Positions 7,438 to 15,764 of a DNA stretch of 45,911 bases are shown here, piece after piece. The notes under the pieces are model-generated. The model had not been told where the DNA came from, made no database searches, and saw only the letters and a program-made list of their open reading frames with translations. The stretch lies in the IMG/VR virus record IMGVR_UViG_3300045988_128092; one strand, given 5' to 3'. Position numbers and translations under genes: made by a program. Within the stretch, counting starts at the first letter, position 1, and the number at the start of each line of letters is the position of its first letter. The DNA comes from a virus.

Positions 7438-7700
7438 TGCTCAATATTTTGAAAGTTCATAACCGTTTCTTCGGCGGCCAGCTCTTCGGCACGTCGGGCC
7501 CTCAGCTCCGCAAGGGTCTTTTCATTCGCGTTGTACTCCGCGTTGGCCGCTTCGTACTCCTCATAATCCAGGGGATAGGTAGCCCGGAAGTCAAGGCCGG
7601 ACTTACTGCATTTGGCCGCCCTGTCGTCGGACTTGGCCATGACTGCCCGTAATTCGAGCTGCCGCGATTCGAGGATGTTGATTTGCTGTTGTGTTTCCAT
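7434..7700 (-). CDS. Hypothetical coiled-coil protein (88 aa)
   Basis: ORF track. Follows the receptor-binding gene. Confidence 0.55.
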   Translation of the reverse strand: METQQQINILESRQLELRAVMAKSDDRAAKCSKSGLDFRATYPLDYEEYEAANAEYNANEKTLAELRARRAEELAAEETVMNFQNIEQ

Positions 7701-7711
7701 GGTTCAGGTGG

Positions 7712-9061
7712 TTATAAAGCACTGACCGTACGCACGACGCTCGCGTTACACTTGCTGTTGCCGTTCACGCTGCCCGTGTAGCCGTCGCAGACGAACGCGC
7801 TGTTGGAACCGTACTCGCACGATGTCCACGGATAATAACCCGATCCGTAGCAGGTCGTCTTACCGAGGCGCGACAGCGTGCGGTTTACAGGGTCGCTTTC
7901 CCGGTCGGCGGACGTTAGCACGCGGTCGTGCATGAGCAGGTAGACTTCATCGACGGACGGCAGCCACCATGCGCCCGCTTCCAGTCCGGTAGTTGCGCCC
8001 TCGACCGTGACGCCGTAGTCGAGAGCGGCCGCAGCGGCCGGATAACGGGGAACGCTTTCGCCGTGGATGTCGACGAACCGCAGACCGCCGATCAGGTGCG
8101 TGTTGGCCTTGCCATCACGAAGCAGCGCGCCGTAGGCTGCGGGATATTGCAGCAAATGTTCTCCGAACAGATAATCCCGGTAGGTTGGATAGGCGGCGAC
8201 CAGTTCCGGGTTGGCCTCTTCCGTAAAAGCGCTTTCCCGAATTATGGTGCTACTTCCGGGTTTGATTCCTGTGGTATCGGTTCCCTTGGCCGAATAGTAT
8301 TGCAGGAATTTTTCGGGATTACAGCCCGCAAACGACGAATTAACGCCGTTGTTGCGGCGGACATATTCGGTTGACCCCTCGATCAACACCCCCGTCAACG
8401 TTGTTTGGTAGTTAATGTCTTCCGGTGTCCTTGCGATCTGACAACCGCCAACAACGGCAATCGCCGCACGGGAGGCGTTATACGTGTTCGAACCCATCAC
8501 GACGAAATTGTCCGCCGCAGTCGCCGCCCATCCGCCATAATCCGTCGAGGAGTAATTGGGTGTCCCACCTTTGAGTTTCGCGTTGATAGCCGATGCAACA
8601 TCCGCGAGCGTTGCGCCTGCGGTATACGCTATCGACACCTCTGCGGCGGCAGGGGCGGAACCGAGCTTCAACACGATTGTGCCGCCCGCAGCGAGATCGA
8701 AACCCGACAATGCAACCTCATAAGAGTATGCCCATCGCTGGCTGCCGACCGTTGCATTTTCGAGCGATACGATCAGCACCCGCTCGCCCTGCCGGGCATA
8801 GACCACGGCCACCGGGACAAGCTGCGGCGGCAGCTGCTCTGCAACAAGCGTCGCACCCTTGACGAAGCGGATAGTTCCCGTGGTCTTGTCGAAGACCGCA
8901 AGGTCACCAACCCCGGCGGCCGGCTTGTCCACTACGACGTTCACGCCGTCGTAGATGAGCGCCCCGTCGTCCTCGATGTAGGATACCGCCGACTGTGTGT
9001 CCTTGCGATTCTTGTCGGCCGTGTAACCCGCCTTGTTGGCGTATTTGTTGACTTGTGACAT
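7712..9061 (-). CDS. Receptor-binding protein with C-terminal DUF1566/FISUMP-like (C-type-lectin-fold) domain
   Basis: C-terminus AWWLPSVDEVYLL...GYYPWTSCEYGSNSAFVCDGYTGSVNGNSKCNASVVRTV matches the W(R/W)LP(S/T)xxE ... YYWSS ... VRxV pattern. Confidence 0.65.
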   Translation of the reverse strand: MSQVNKYANKAGYTADKNRKDTQSAVSYIEDDGALIYDGVNVVVDKPAAGVGDLAVFDKTTGTIRFVKGATLVAEQLPPQLVPVAVVYARQGERVLIVSLENATVGSQRWAYSYEVALSGFDLAAGGTIVLKLGSAPAAAEVSIAYTAGATLADVASAINAKLKGGTPNYSSTDYGGWAATAADNFVVMGSNTYNASRAAIAVVGGCQIARTPEDINYQTTLTGVLIEGSTEYVRRNNGVNSSFAGCNPEKFLQYYSAKGTDTTGIKPGSSTIIRESAFTEEANPELVAAYPTYRDYLFGEHLLQYPAAYGALLRDGKANTHLIGGLRFVDIHGESVPRYPAAAAALDYGVTVEGATTGLEAGAWWLPSVDEVYLLMHDRVLTSADRESDPVNRTLSRLGKTTCYGSGYYPWTSCEYGSNSAFVCDGYTGSVNGNSKCNASVVRTVSAL

Positions 9062-9073
9062 GTTGTATGTAGT

Positions 9074-12040
9074 TTAAGCGTTCTTCCAGTCCGACACCGC
9101 GCCGTTACCCACGGAGTGGTAGACCGCGTTGTTCTTCGTATCGACATAGAACTGCCCTGCGCGGTCGGGGGCTTTCGCCGGCGCGCCCTCGCCCGTGACG
9201 ACCAGGTTGTTGTCGCCCCAGACGCCCAGCTTCTTCACCTGCAATTCCGGGATCAGCACTTTGCCCGAGAGCACTCCCACGAGTAGCCCTTCGAGGTGCG
9301 TCACGCGCGCTTCGAGCGTGCAGTCCGAGTGCGCGATAACCGAAATTTCGCTGAACGAAGCATCCGACCACGGCGTGAGCTTGTGCCTGGACAAGAAGTC
9401 GGCATCGGTGATCTCCGGCCCCGTCGTGTAGTAGGTGTTGCCCAGCAGCGTGACGTCGACCTGTGTGAAGGGAGCGCCGCCCTCCACGTCGGGCATGTAG
9501 AGCGATTTGGTTCCGTCGAGCGACAGCAGGCGGCAGCCGATGATCTCGACGGCCATATTTTTCGCCGCAGCATCGGTGCTTGCGTGGATGGTGGCCGCGC
9601 CCGTCGAAGTGCCTACGTGCGTGTCGCTGACGCACTCGCAGCCGTCTAACCGAATGGTCTGGTTGTCGGCAAGGCCCGCGCCGACGGGTGAATGGCACGT
9701 ACTGAAGAGTTTGCAGTTCCGTACCGTCGTGAAATATCGCTCAGATGCGGCAAAGACCGAATCGATATGTATGCAGTAGCAGGCTTGGTGACCGCCGGCG
9801 CTGGCGTCCGTATAACTCTCGTCGTTCAGGCAGTTGACGGTCATGTTGGCGATGGTGCATTCGCCGCCCGCCTCGATGATCTTGGCGCGGTTCACGGAGT
9901 TGTTCTCATACGAGACGATGACGCCGTCGCGGCTCTCGCCGATAAGCGATATGCGGTTCGCCCCCTTGTTGATGATCGCATACGGGTAACCCATCGCCAC
10001 ATTCTTCGGGGCCTCGTGATCGTAAAGGCCGTTGCGGATAAACACCGTAACCGCGTTGTTCACGACATCGAAGGCGTCCCTTGCGAAGTCGCACGCCTGC
10101 GCGACCGAGAAGAAATGCCCCGTCCCGCCCTCGTCCACGGTGAAGGAGTCCGTGTCGAAGTTTTTCAGCGTGGCCCGGCTCTCGGCATCGCACCATGCGT
10201 CATAGTTATTGAGCGTGACGATCAAATCCTCGATGGTGACCTTCTGGCCGATATTGGTGGCTGCGGATATGCTGGTGCCCACATTCAGCCCTCCCGCTAC
10301 CGACGCCGCCTTGCCGCGGTAGTAGATTTCGTAGGTGCGGTCTGCCTTGAGGACGAACCAGCGGCCCCGCTGGTCGAGATTGTCCGAATAGGTAATGATC
10401 CGCAAAGAGCACTCTTTGTCCACGCGCAGCTTCATGCGCACGAAAATAAAGTCCGAAGCTGCGACCGGGATGCGGCTGGTCAGGGAGAAGTTCGACGTCA
10501 CGCCTGACTGCGTAGGCGTAACGACCATGCTCCGATCCGTGATGTCCGAGCCCGTATTGTTATAATAGCTCTTCGTAAAGTCCTTGAGGATGTAGGCTAC
10601 GTGGTCTTTGTAGCCTAATTCAGTATTCAATTCTTCCGAAGTCACATATCCGGAATCATTTTCCAGTTCGGACAGTTTCGTGGGAAGCTCCGTGCGGTCG
10701 GCCTTGCCCTGAATCATCTCCTGCAATGCAAGTGTCAACTTGTCCCAGGATACGGTGTTGTTGAGCAGGGAGGCGCGGATTTCGGAGCCTTCGACCGTAA
10801 CCTGTATCTCGGAACCGATAGAGCCGACATATACTTTCACGAAGTCAGAAACCGGGATGGAGGATATGGAGCCGTCGGCATTTACGAACTCGATAGATTG
10901 GGTATCCTCGTTGTAATGCAGCCCCATCATCTCGATAGGCAGGTCGATGATGAACTTGGCACCGCCCTTTGTCGTGAAGGTCAGCTCGTAGGTTTTGTCG
11001 TTGAACTCCGGCATTCCTACGCAGGTGTTGAGCAGTTCCCGGATGTCGGGATGCGCCGTGGGGGAGGTGTTGTGCCGCTCGATCTGGCCGCTGACGTCCG
11101 GGGTGGGAATTTCTGAGATCGCCTTGTCTGTATAGTTTTTGGCTTCGGTCAGTGTCTGCGCATCCCCGCCGGATATGTTGCTATTGAGCTCCTCGGACAT
11201 AGCGTCAAACGTATCGCCGACATTATTCCATAGCTCCGCCGCCTTGGTGTCCGTGTACGACTTTGCCTCAGCCAGCGTGCCCGCTGCAGCCTCCGTCAGC
11301 TCCTTCTTGGATGCCTTGTCGGACAACTCCTTCCTTATCTCCGTGTCGTCGTAGTTGGAGAGCCCGGCCAGCTTCTCCTTCTCCTGGTCGGTGTAGTCGT
11401 TCGTCGAAAGCCCTTTCCCTTCTTCCTTGTCGACCTTTGCGGCAAGGGCTTTTGTTGTAGCATCCTGCGACATGGCAATATACTGGCTGTCGCCAGTACT
11501 TTGCGCCAAATTCAGCGAAGCCCGCAGGTTCGGGGTGAGATATGACCCGGTTTCGTTTGTTATCCGGAGAATATAACTGTCCTCACTATCCTCCTCGACT
11601 TCGATAGAGGGGGAAAACCCTTTGAGCATCTGCAACAGTGCCACAATAATTTCTGCGGGGAGTTCCGTTTCATCGCTTTTCCCCGGCCATAATTCTATAG
11701 TCTCGACACCCGGGATTTCAATATCCATTTTCCCGTCAGGAAATTCGTCATCGGGAATATCCATGTCGAGAATGTAGCCCAATGTTCCGCACCCGAGCCT
11801 GTGATGATCGAAAAACACTATTGCCGCACCCGGGAGCGTGTCGACGGGCTTGCAATTGATGTAATTTTCTCCATCGAATGACGCTACGTATTTGTCGACT
11901 GTATGTGTCGACGGGGTGCTGAATGTAATACGCCACGGATAATCGGGCAGTTTATCCGAGTTGAAGCGGATAATAAGCCTGAAATCACTATGGTAATTTA
12001 TGTGTGTAACATTCTCCACGTTACAGGTGTTTGGCGTCAT
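9074..12040 (-). CDS. Tail fibre / tailspike with beta-helix (pectate-lyase-like) depolymerase region
   Basis: Start at MTPNTCNV (12040, TAATG overlap). Fibre-type repeats AEAKSYTD and TEAKNYTD. Beta-helix-like ISLIGESRDGVIV...TIANMTVNC...CYCIHID. C-terminal GQFYVDTKNNAVYHS...W. Confidence 0.75.
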   Translation of the reverse strand: MTPNTCNVENVTHINYHSDFRLIIRFNSDKLPDYPWRITFSTPSTHTVDKYVASFDGENYINCKPVDTLPGAAIVFFDHHRLGCGTLGYILDMDIPDDEFPDGKMDIEIPGVETIELWPGKSDETELPAEIIVALLQMLKGFSPSIEVEEDSEDSYILRITNETGSYLTPNLRASLNLAQSTGDSQYIAMSQDATTKALAAKVDKEEGKGLSTNDYTDQEKEKLAGLSNYDDTEIRKELSDKASKKELTEAAAGTLAEAKSYTDTKAAELWNNVGDTFDAMSEELNSNISGGDAQTLTEAKNYTDKAISEIPTPDVSGQIERHNTSPTAHPDIRELLNTCVGMPEFNDKTYELTFTTKGGAKFIIDLPIEMMGLHYNEDTQSIEFVNADGSISSIPVSDFVKVYVGSIGSEIQVTVEGSEIRASLLNNTVSWDKLTLALQEMIQGKADRTELPTKLSELENDSGYVTSEELNTELGYKDHVAYILKDFTKSYYNNTGSDITDRSMVVTPTQSGVTSNFSLTSRIPVAASDFIFVRMKLRVDKECSLRIITYSDNLDQRGRWFVLKADRTYEIYYRGKAASVAGGLNVGTSISAATNIGQKVTIEDLIVTLNNYDAWCDAESRATLKNFDTDSFTVDEGGTGHFFSVAQACDFARDAFDVVNNAVTVFIRNGLYDHEAPKNVAMGYPYAIINKGANRISLIGESRDGVIVSYENNSVNRAKIIEAGGECTIANMTVNCLNDESYTDASAGGHQACYCIHIDSVFAASERYFTTVRNCKLFSTCHSPVGAGLADNQTIRLDGCECVSDTHVGTSTGAATIHASTDAAAKNMAVEIIGCRLLSLDGTKSLYMPDVEGGAPFTQVDVTLLGNTYYTTGPEITDADFLSRHKLTPWSDASFSEISVIAHSDCTLEARVTHLEGLLVGVLSGKVLIPELQVKKLGVWGDNNLVVTGEGAPAKAPDRAGQFYVDTKNNAVYHSVGNGAVSDWKNA

Positions 12041-12426
12041 TATTCTTTGGCGGGAATCATTACCGATGTGGTGGCATAGCTGTCGTAATCCTTGCCCAAA
12101 CTCGCAAATTGGTCTCTGTTGTCCAGGTTCTGATGTATCCACCATTCTGCCGCTTCTGCAGTCATGTTCGCATTGGTTATGACCTTACCTTTGTAGCGAA
12201 ATGCTCCTTGTTTGAGGACATATCCGCCATTATCCGTGTTGTCCTGTTTCATCTTGATTAAAATGTGCGTTATCGCGTCTTTGTACTTGTTCGGGCAGTT
12301 TTGGGAAAAACTGCCAGCGAACGATTTCCCGGTTACCATCTCGTAATGGGATTCTATCGTCCGCTTATCCGAAGCGGTGAGAGAGGCGTTTAACCTCTCC
12401 CTGTACCATACTTCGGGATTCATCAC
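12040..12426 (-). CDS. Hypothetical tail-module protein (128 aa)
   Basis: ATGA-coupled to the upstream gene. Confidence 0.55.
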   Translation of the reverse strand: MMNPEVWYRERLNASLTASDKRTIESHYEMVTGKSFAGSFSQNCPNKYKDAITHILIKMKQDNTDNGGYVLKQGAFRYKGKVITNANMTAEAAEWWIHQNLDNRDQFASLGKDYDSYATTSVMIPAKE

Positions 12427-13013
12427 GAGGCGGGCGACAAAAGCGAATCAAGTGCCGCCTTCGTAGTCTCGTAGTCCGTCGAGAAGAAGAATATTTGCGG
12501 GGTTTTGGCGCCTTCTTCGATCATGTCGACAGTCCAGCCTCCCTGCGTGTCGTCACTGTACTTGTCAAGGGTTGCGTTCTGCCCGACGGCGCCCTGCTCC
12601 CAGCCTATGACGGCGAATGCCTGCTCGCCATTCGCTCCCTTGTTGTTGTTCTCGTAGATGATGACGTACTTGTTCTGCTTGAGTGCGGATACATTGAGGG
12701 CGTTCGTCGGAGAATCCGCCAGCATGACGATAGGGATGGTCTTGTTAAAGGACATTCCGATTGTGGCGTTCTGATCCTCGTATGTGAGGCCGCTGAAAGG
12801 TGTGTTTGAGGGAGCCGAAGCAGTGTATGCCTTCTTTCCGGTTCTGAGGACGAGGGTGCTGATTACGTTTCCCGCAATCCTCGATGCCTTACGGTCGATG
12901 TCCTCTTTTTTGATGATGTAAACGATCTTCTCGACACCCTTGCCGTAATCGTCGTTACAGTCATTCAGGATGTTCGCGCCAAGGTTCTCGGCGCATGCGT
13001 TTTGTTCTGCCAT
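12423..13013 (-). CDS. Putative tail tube-like structural protein (196 aa)
   Basis: Called from beta-rich composition and position only. Has its own about 140-nt leader. Confidence 0.35.
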   Translation of the reverse strand: MAEQNACAENLGANILNDCNDDYGKGVEKIVYIIKKEDIDRKASRIAGNVISTLVLRTGKKAYTASAPSNTPFSGLTYEDQNATIGMSFNKTIPIVMLADSPTNALNVSALKQNKYVIIYENNNKGANGEQAFAVIGWEQGAVGQNATLDKYSDDTQGGWTVDMIEEGAKTPQIFFFSTDYETTKAALDSLLSPAS

Positions 13014-13153
13014 TTTTCAGCCTATTTAGTTTTACAAAAAGTCACTAATAGAGCTTTATGGCCGCCGACAGATATGTTGGATGTACGCGTCATTTCGTTT
13101 TGTCGTCTGTTGCTTATCTCACCATAAGCTCTGATGCAAATATGCCTGTGTGC

Positions 13154-13170
13154 ATTTAAATAACAATGGG
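13154..13170 (-). promoter_or_regulatory. Shared 17-mer (minus strand CCCATTGTTATTTAAAT), candidate late promoter/regulatory box
   Basis: Identical to 26327-26343. Both copies sit about 120-140 nt upstream of a minus-strand gene start and follow an A-run. Confidence 0.4.
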
Positions 13171-13175
13171 GCACA

Positions 13176-15731
13176 CTATTTTTTTCTACCCAATTTTGCA
13201 AGGTTGGCTGCTACCTTCACCCGTCTCTGTCCGTTGTCAATGTCTTTTACGAGGACGATAGGAGACGGGAGGTTGAGCAACACCCGTTCCATCATTTGTT
13301 CCACGCCCCTCATTCCGTCTCCGCGTTGGGGTAAATTGGATACCTGGATGGCATTACCCCCACTGGAAACATTCATAGCCGACAATACGGCACCCCAATC
13401 ATTCACGGCTTGGGCGGTCATAATGGCCTCGCCATTCGATACCCGGGCAACAATGCTATCGGAGGTGCCAGTACCGGGCCCTGTAATAAGACCGCCGGAT
13501 GCGTATTTAGGGCTCTGCGTGGAATCAAGTTGCTGCGTAGCTTGGGCAATGGCTGCGATAACAGCAGCAACGCTTGAGGCAATCGTAATAGGCAGTAAAA
13601 ACCAGGGTGCACCATTTGCTCCGGCAGCCACTGCATTTGCAATAGCGGACGCTTGAGCTAAAGCTACTTGAAATACAGCGAATGTTTTTGCAAATGCAGC
13701 ATATCGTTCTCCTTCACCACCGAGAGCATCGAACATTGAAGAAAAGGATCCGGCAGCACCGGAAATTGCCGATACGAGTTGTTGGGTGTCGGTGATCCGT
13801 TGCATATTGATTTGCTTTTCCGTCTCTCCTGTTTTGTTTATGGCATTTTGCAGCTCAATTTCAGCTTGTAATCGCGCATTCTGGTACTGTAACCCGTTTT
13901 CATATAGCTCTTTTTGCTGTTCCTCAGTAAGATTTGAAATCCATACTAATTTATCTTTGGCTATTTTTAATTCGCTTTCTGCCACAAATTTTGCAGCACT
14001 TAATCGTTCCTTATCGTTTTGCGGATTCATTTTAGCCACTGCCAACTGGAATGCGAGTTCTTGTTGGCGGACTTGCTCGTCGAGGTTTTGCCGACTGTAT
14101 TTTACGATAATCCCCTGCCTATCTTTCTGATATTTTTCCTCCATTGCTAAAAGCATCTGATAGGCAGTATCAGTGTCTATATTTTCCTCGGAAAGTTTCT
14201 TCCAATATGCCTCTATGTCTTTATCGTAATTCTCTTGTAGTGATTTTAGCTCGTTTTCCTGTGTCTTTTCGCGCAATGACTGCACAGCGGATAATAAATC
14301 TTGTTCTGCCTTGAGCTGTTGCCCCAGGTTTTTCTGGAATTGAATTGTTGCACGTTTTGCGGCAGCTTCAGCTGTTTTTTGCTGCTTGTCAACCTCTTTG
14401 GACAGGGTTTTAATTTCCGTATTTGTAGAATTTATACGTTCAACTAATTTACGTTGCGAAGCAGCTCTTTGAGCATCAAGGCGTATTAGTTTTACAGCGG
14501 CTTCATTTTGTGCGTCCAGTTCTGCAGTACTGCTGTTTGTGAAAGACACCCTTAAATCAGCTATTGTCTTTTCCTCTTTGGCAATACTTTCCAAATTATC
14601 GTAGTATTTATTATTTAGATCAATAGCTTCTTTTGCGTATTTATTTCTTTCTGTTGCAGAGTATTTTTCCTTATCCATCGCCTTTAAGCGAGCGTCGGCA
14701 ATTTTAGATTCAATTTCTGCATTTTCAAGGTTTATTTCCCTGCGCCGGATTTGAAGGGCTTCCTCTTGTTCTACCAAACTCATACGTTGTTTAGCACCTT
14801 CTTCAATTTCTTTTTTGCTAATGCTTACATTGGGGAATAGTATGGAGCCAAAAGGTAATTGACGGCCAATTAACGCCTTTGTTTCTTGTTTTAACTTTGT
14901 CCAATATGAGGACATTGCGCCTTTAGCTAAAATCCATCCTGCTGCTTGTTTATCAATTTGTCGGGTATAAGCGTCCATATATGCCCGCGCATAAGATTGT
15001 GCCTTTTCGTTTTGATAGAAAAGTGTTTCACTTTCTTTTATCCGATTGTTCATTTCATTGATGCGAGATGAAACAAGATAATATGCCGCTGCCAATCCAG
15101 CTAAAAACATACCTACTGGAGTGGCAATAAATGAGGCTAATTTCTTGGTTATATTCCATAATGCAGCACCAACCGTATTTAAAACAGACGCAAATCCGTT
15201 TCCTTCTGTCGTGGCTTCTAATAGAGAGTTTGTAAATTGATTATTAAGACCAAGCACATTTTTTATTGCATCCTCATAGCTTCCTACCTTTGAGCGATAG
15301 TTGCCGAGTGCTTGTTCTGCGCTATTTATAGCTTCTTGTTGGGATTTGATGTCCTTTGCAAGTCGTTGTCCAAATTTTCCTTCTCGCTCAGTGGCGCTTA
15401 GTTCATTATACTGGGTAGTCAGTTTGGAAACATTCGCTCGCAGCTGATTGATAGAACCTGATGCTCTTGTTTCAATTTTAATATTGTTCTGAATTTCTTT
15501 TTCATATGCTTTTTTTTCTGCCGTAAGAGCTTTTGTCGTGCTTGTAATTTCGAGGATGGCCTTGTTATACTCTGTGGCCGACATCTCCCCGTTCTTATAC
15601 TCCTGCTTCAGCTCTGTGAGGTTTTTCTTGTTTATCTCTATCTCCCTGGTCGCTGCCGCCCATCCCTGCACCAGCTCTCTGTAGTTGAACTGGATGTTAA
15701 TAATTTTGTCTATCGTATCTTGCTGTGCCAT
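13176..15731 (-). CDS. Tape-measure-like protein
   Basis: 851 aa, long coiled coils, central hydrophobic segments, C-terminal GPGTGTSDSIVARVSNGEAIMT motif. Confidence 0.75.
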   Translation of the reverse strand: MAQQDTIDKIINIQFNYRELVQGWAAATREIEINKKNLTELKQEYKNGEMSATEYNKAILEITSTTKALTAEKKAYEKEIQNNIKIETRASGSINQLRANVSKLTTQYNELSATEREGKFGQRLAKDIKSQQEAINSAEQALGNYRSKVGSYEDAIKNVLGLNNQFTNSLLEATTEGNGFASVLNTVGAALWNITKKLASFIATPVGMFLAGLAAAYYLVSSRINEMNNRIKESETLFYQNEKAQSYARAYMDAYTRQIDKQAAGWILAKGAMSSYWTKLKQETKALIGRQLPFGSILFPNVSISKKEIEEGAKQRMSLVEQEEALQIRRREINLENAEIESKIADARLKAMDKEKYSATERNKYAKEAIDLNNKYYDNLESIAKEEKTIADLRVSFTNSSTAELDAQNEAAVKLIRLDAQRAASQRKLVERINSTNTEIKTLSKEVDKQQKTAEAAAKRATIQFQKNLGQQLKAEQDLLSAVQSLREKTQENELKSLQENYDKDIEAYWKKLSEENIDTDTAYQMLLAMEEKYQKDRQGIIVKYSRQNLDEQVRQQELAFQLAVAKMNPQNDKERLSAAKFVAESELKIAKDKLVWISNLTEEQQKELYENGLQYQNARLQAEIELQNAINKTGETEKQINMQRITDTQQLVSAISGAAGSFSSMFDALGGEGERYAAFAKTFAVFQVALAQASAIANAVAAGANGAPWFLLPITIASSVAAVIAAIAQATQQLDSTQSPKYASGGLITGPGTGTSDSIVARVSNGEAIMTAQAVNDWGAVLSAMNVSSGGNAIQVSNLPQRGDGMRGVEQMMERVLLNLPSPIVLVKDIDNGQRRVKVAANLAKLGRKK

Positions 15732-15764
15732 ATGCCTCTATATGGTTAAATGGTTAATGAAATA

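Noticed and set aside
6771-7652. 293-aa plus-strand ORF opposite the holin and small late genes
   Set aside because: It is antisense to a coherent ATGA-coupled operon and has no recognisable motifs, which is typical of a GC-rich shadow ORF.
7712-9061. Diversity-generating retroelement acting on the lectin-fold tip
   Set aside because: No ORF in the window carries reverse-transcriptase motifs, and I could not find a template-repeat copy of the 3' end by eye. I kept it only as an orphan-target observation.
9692-10507. 271-aa plus-strand ORF, and many 60-200-aa ORFs on both strands, inside the tail-fibre gene
   Set aside because: They are nested in or antisense to the 988-aa fibre gene, and their Arg/Gly/Ala-rich translations are characteristic of wrong-frame GC-rich DNA.
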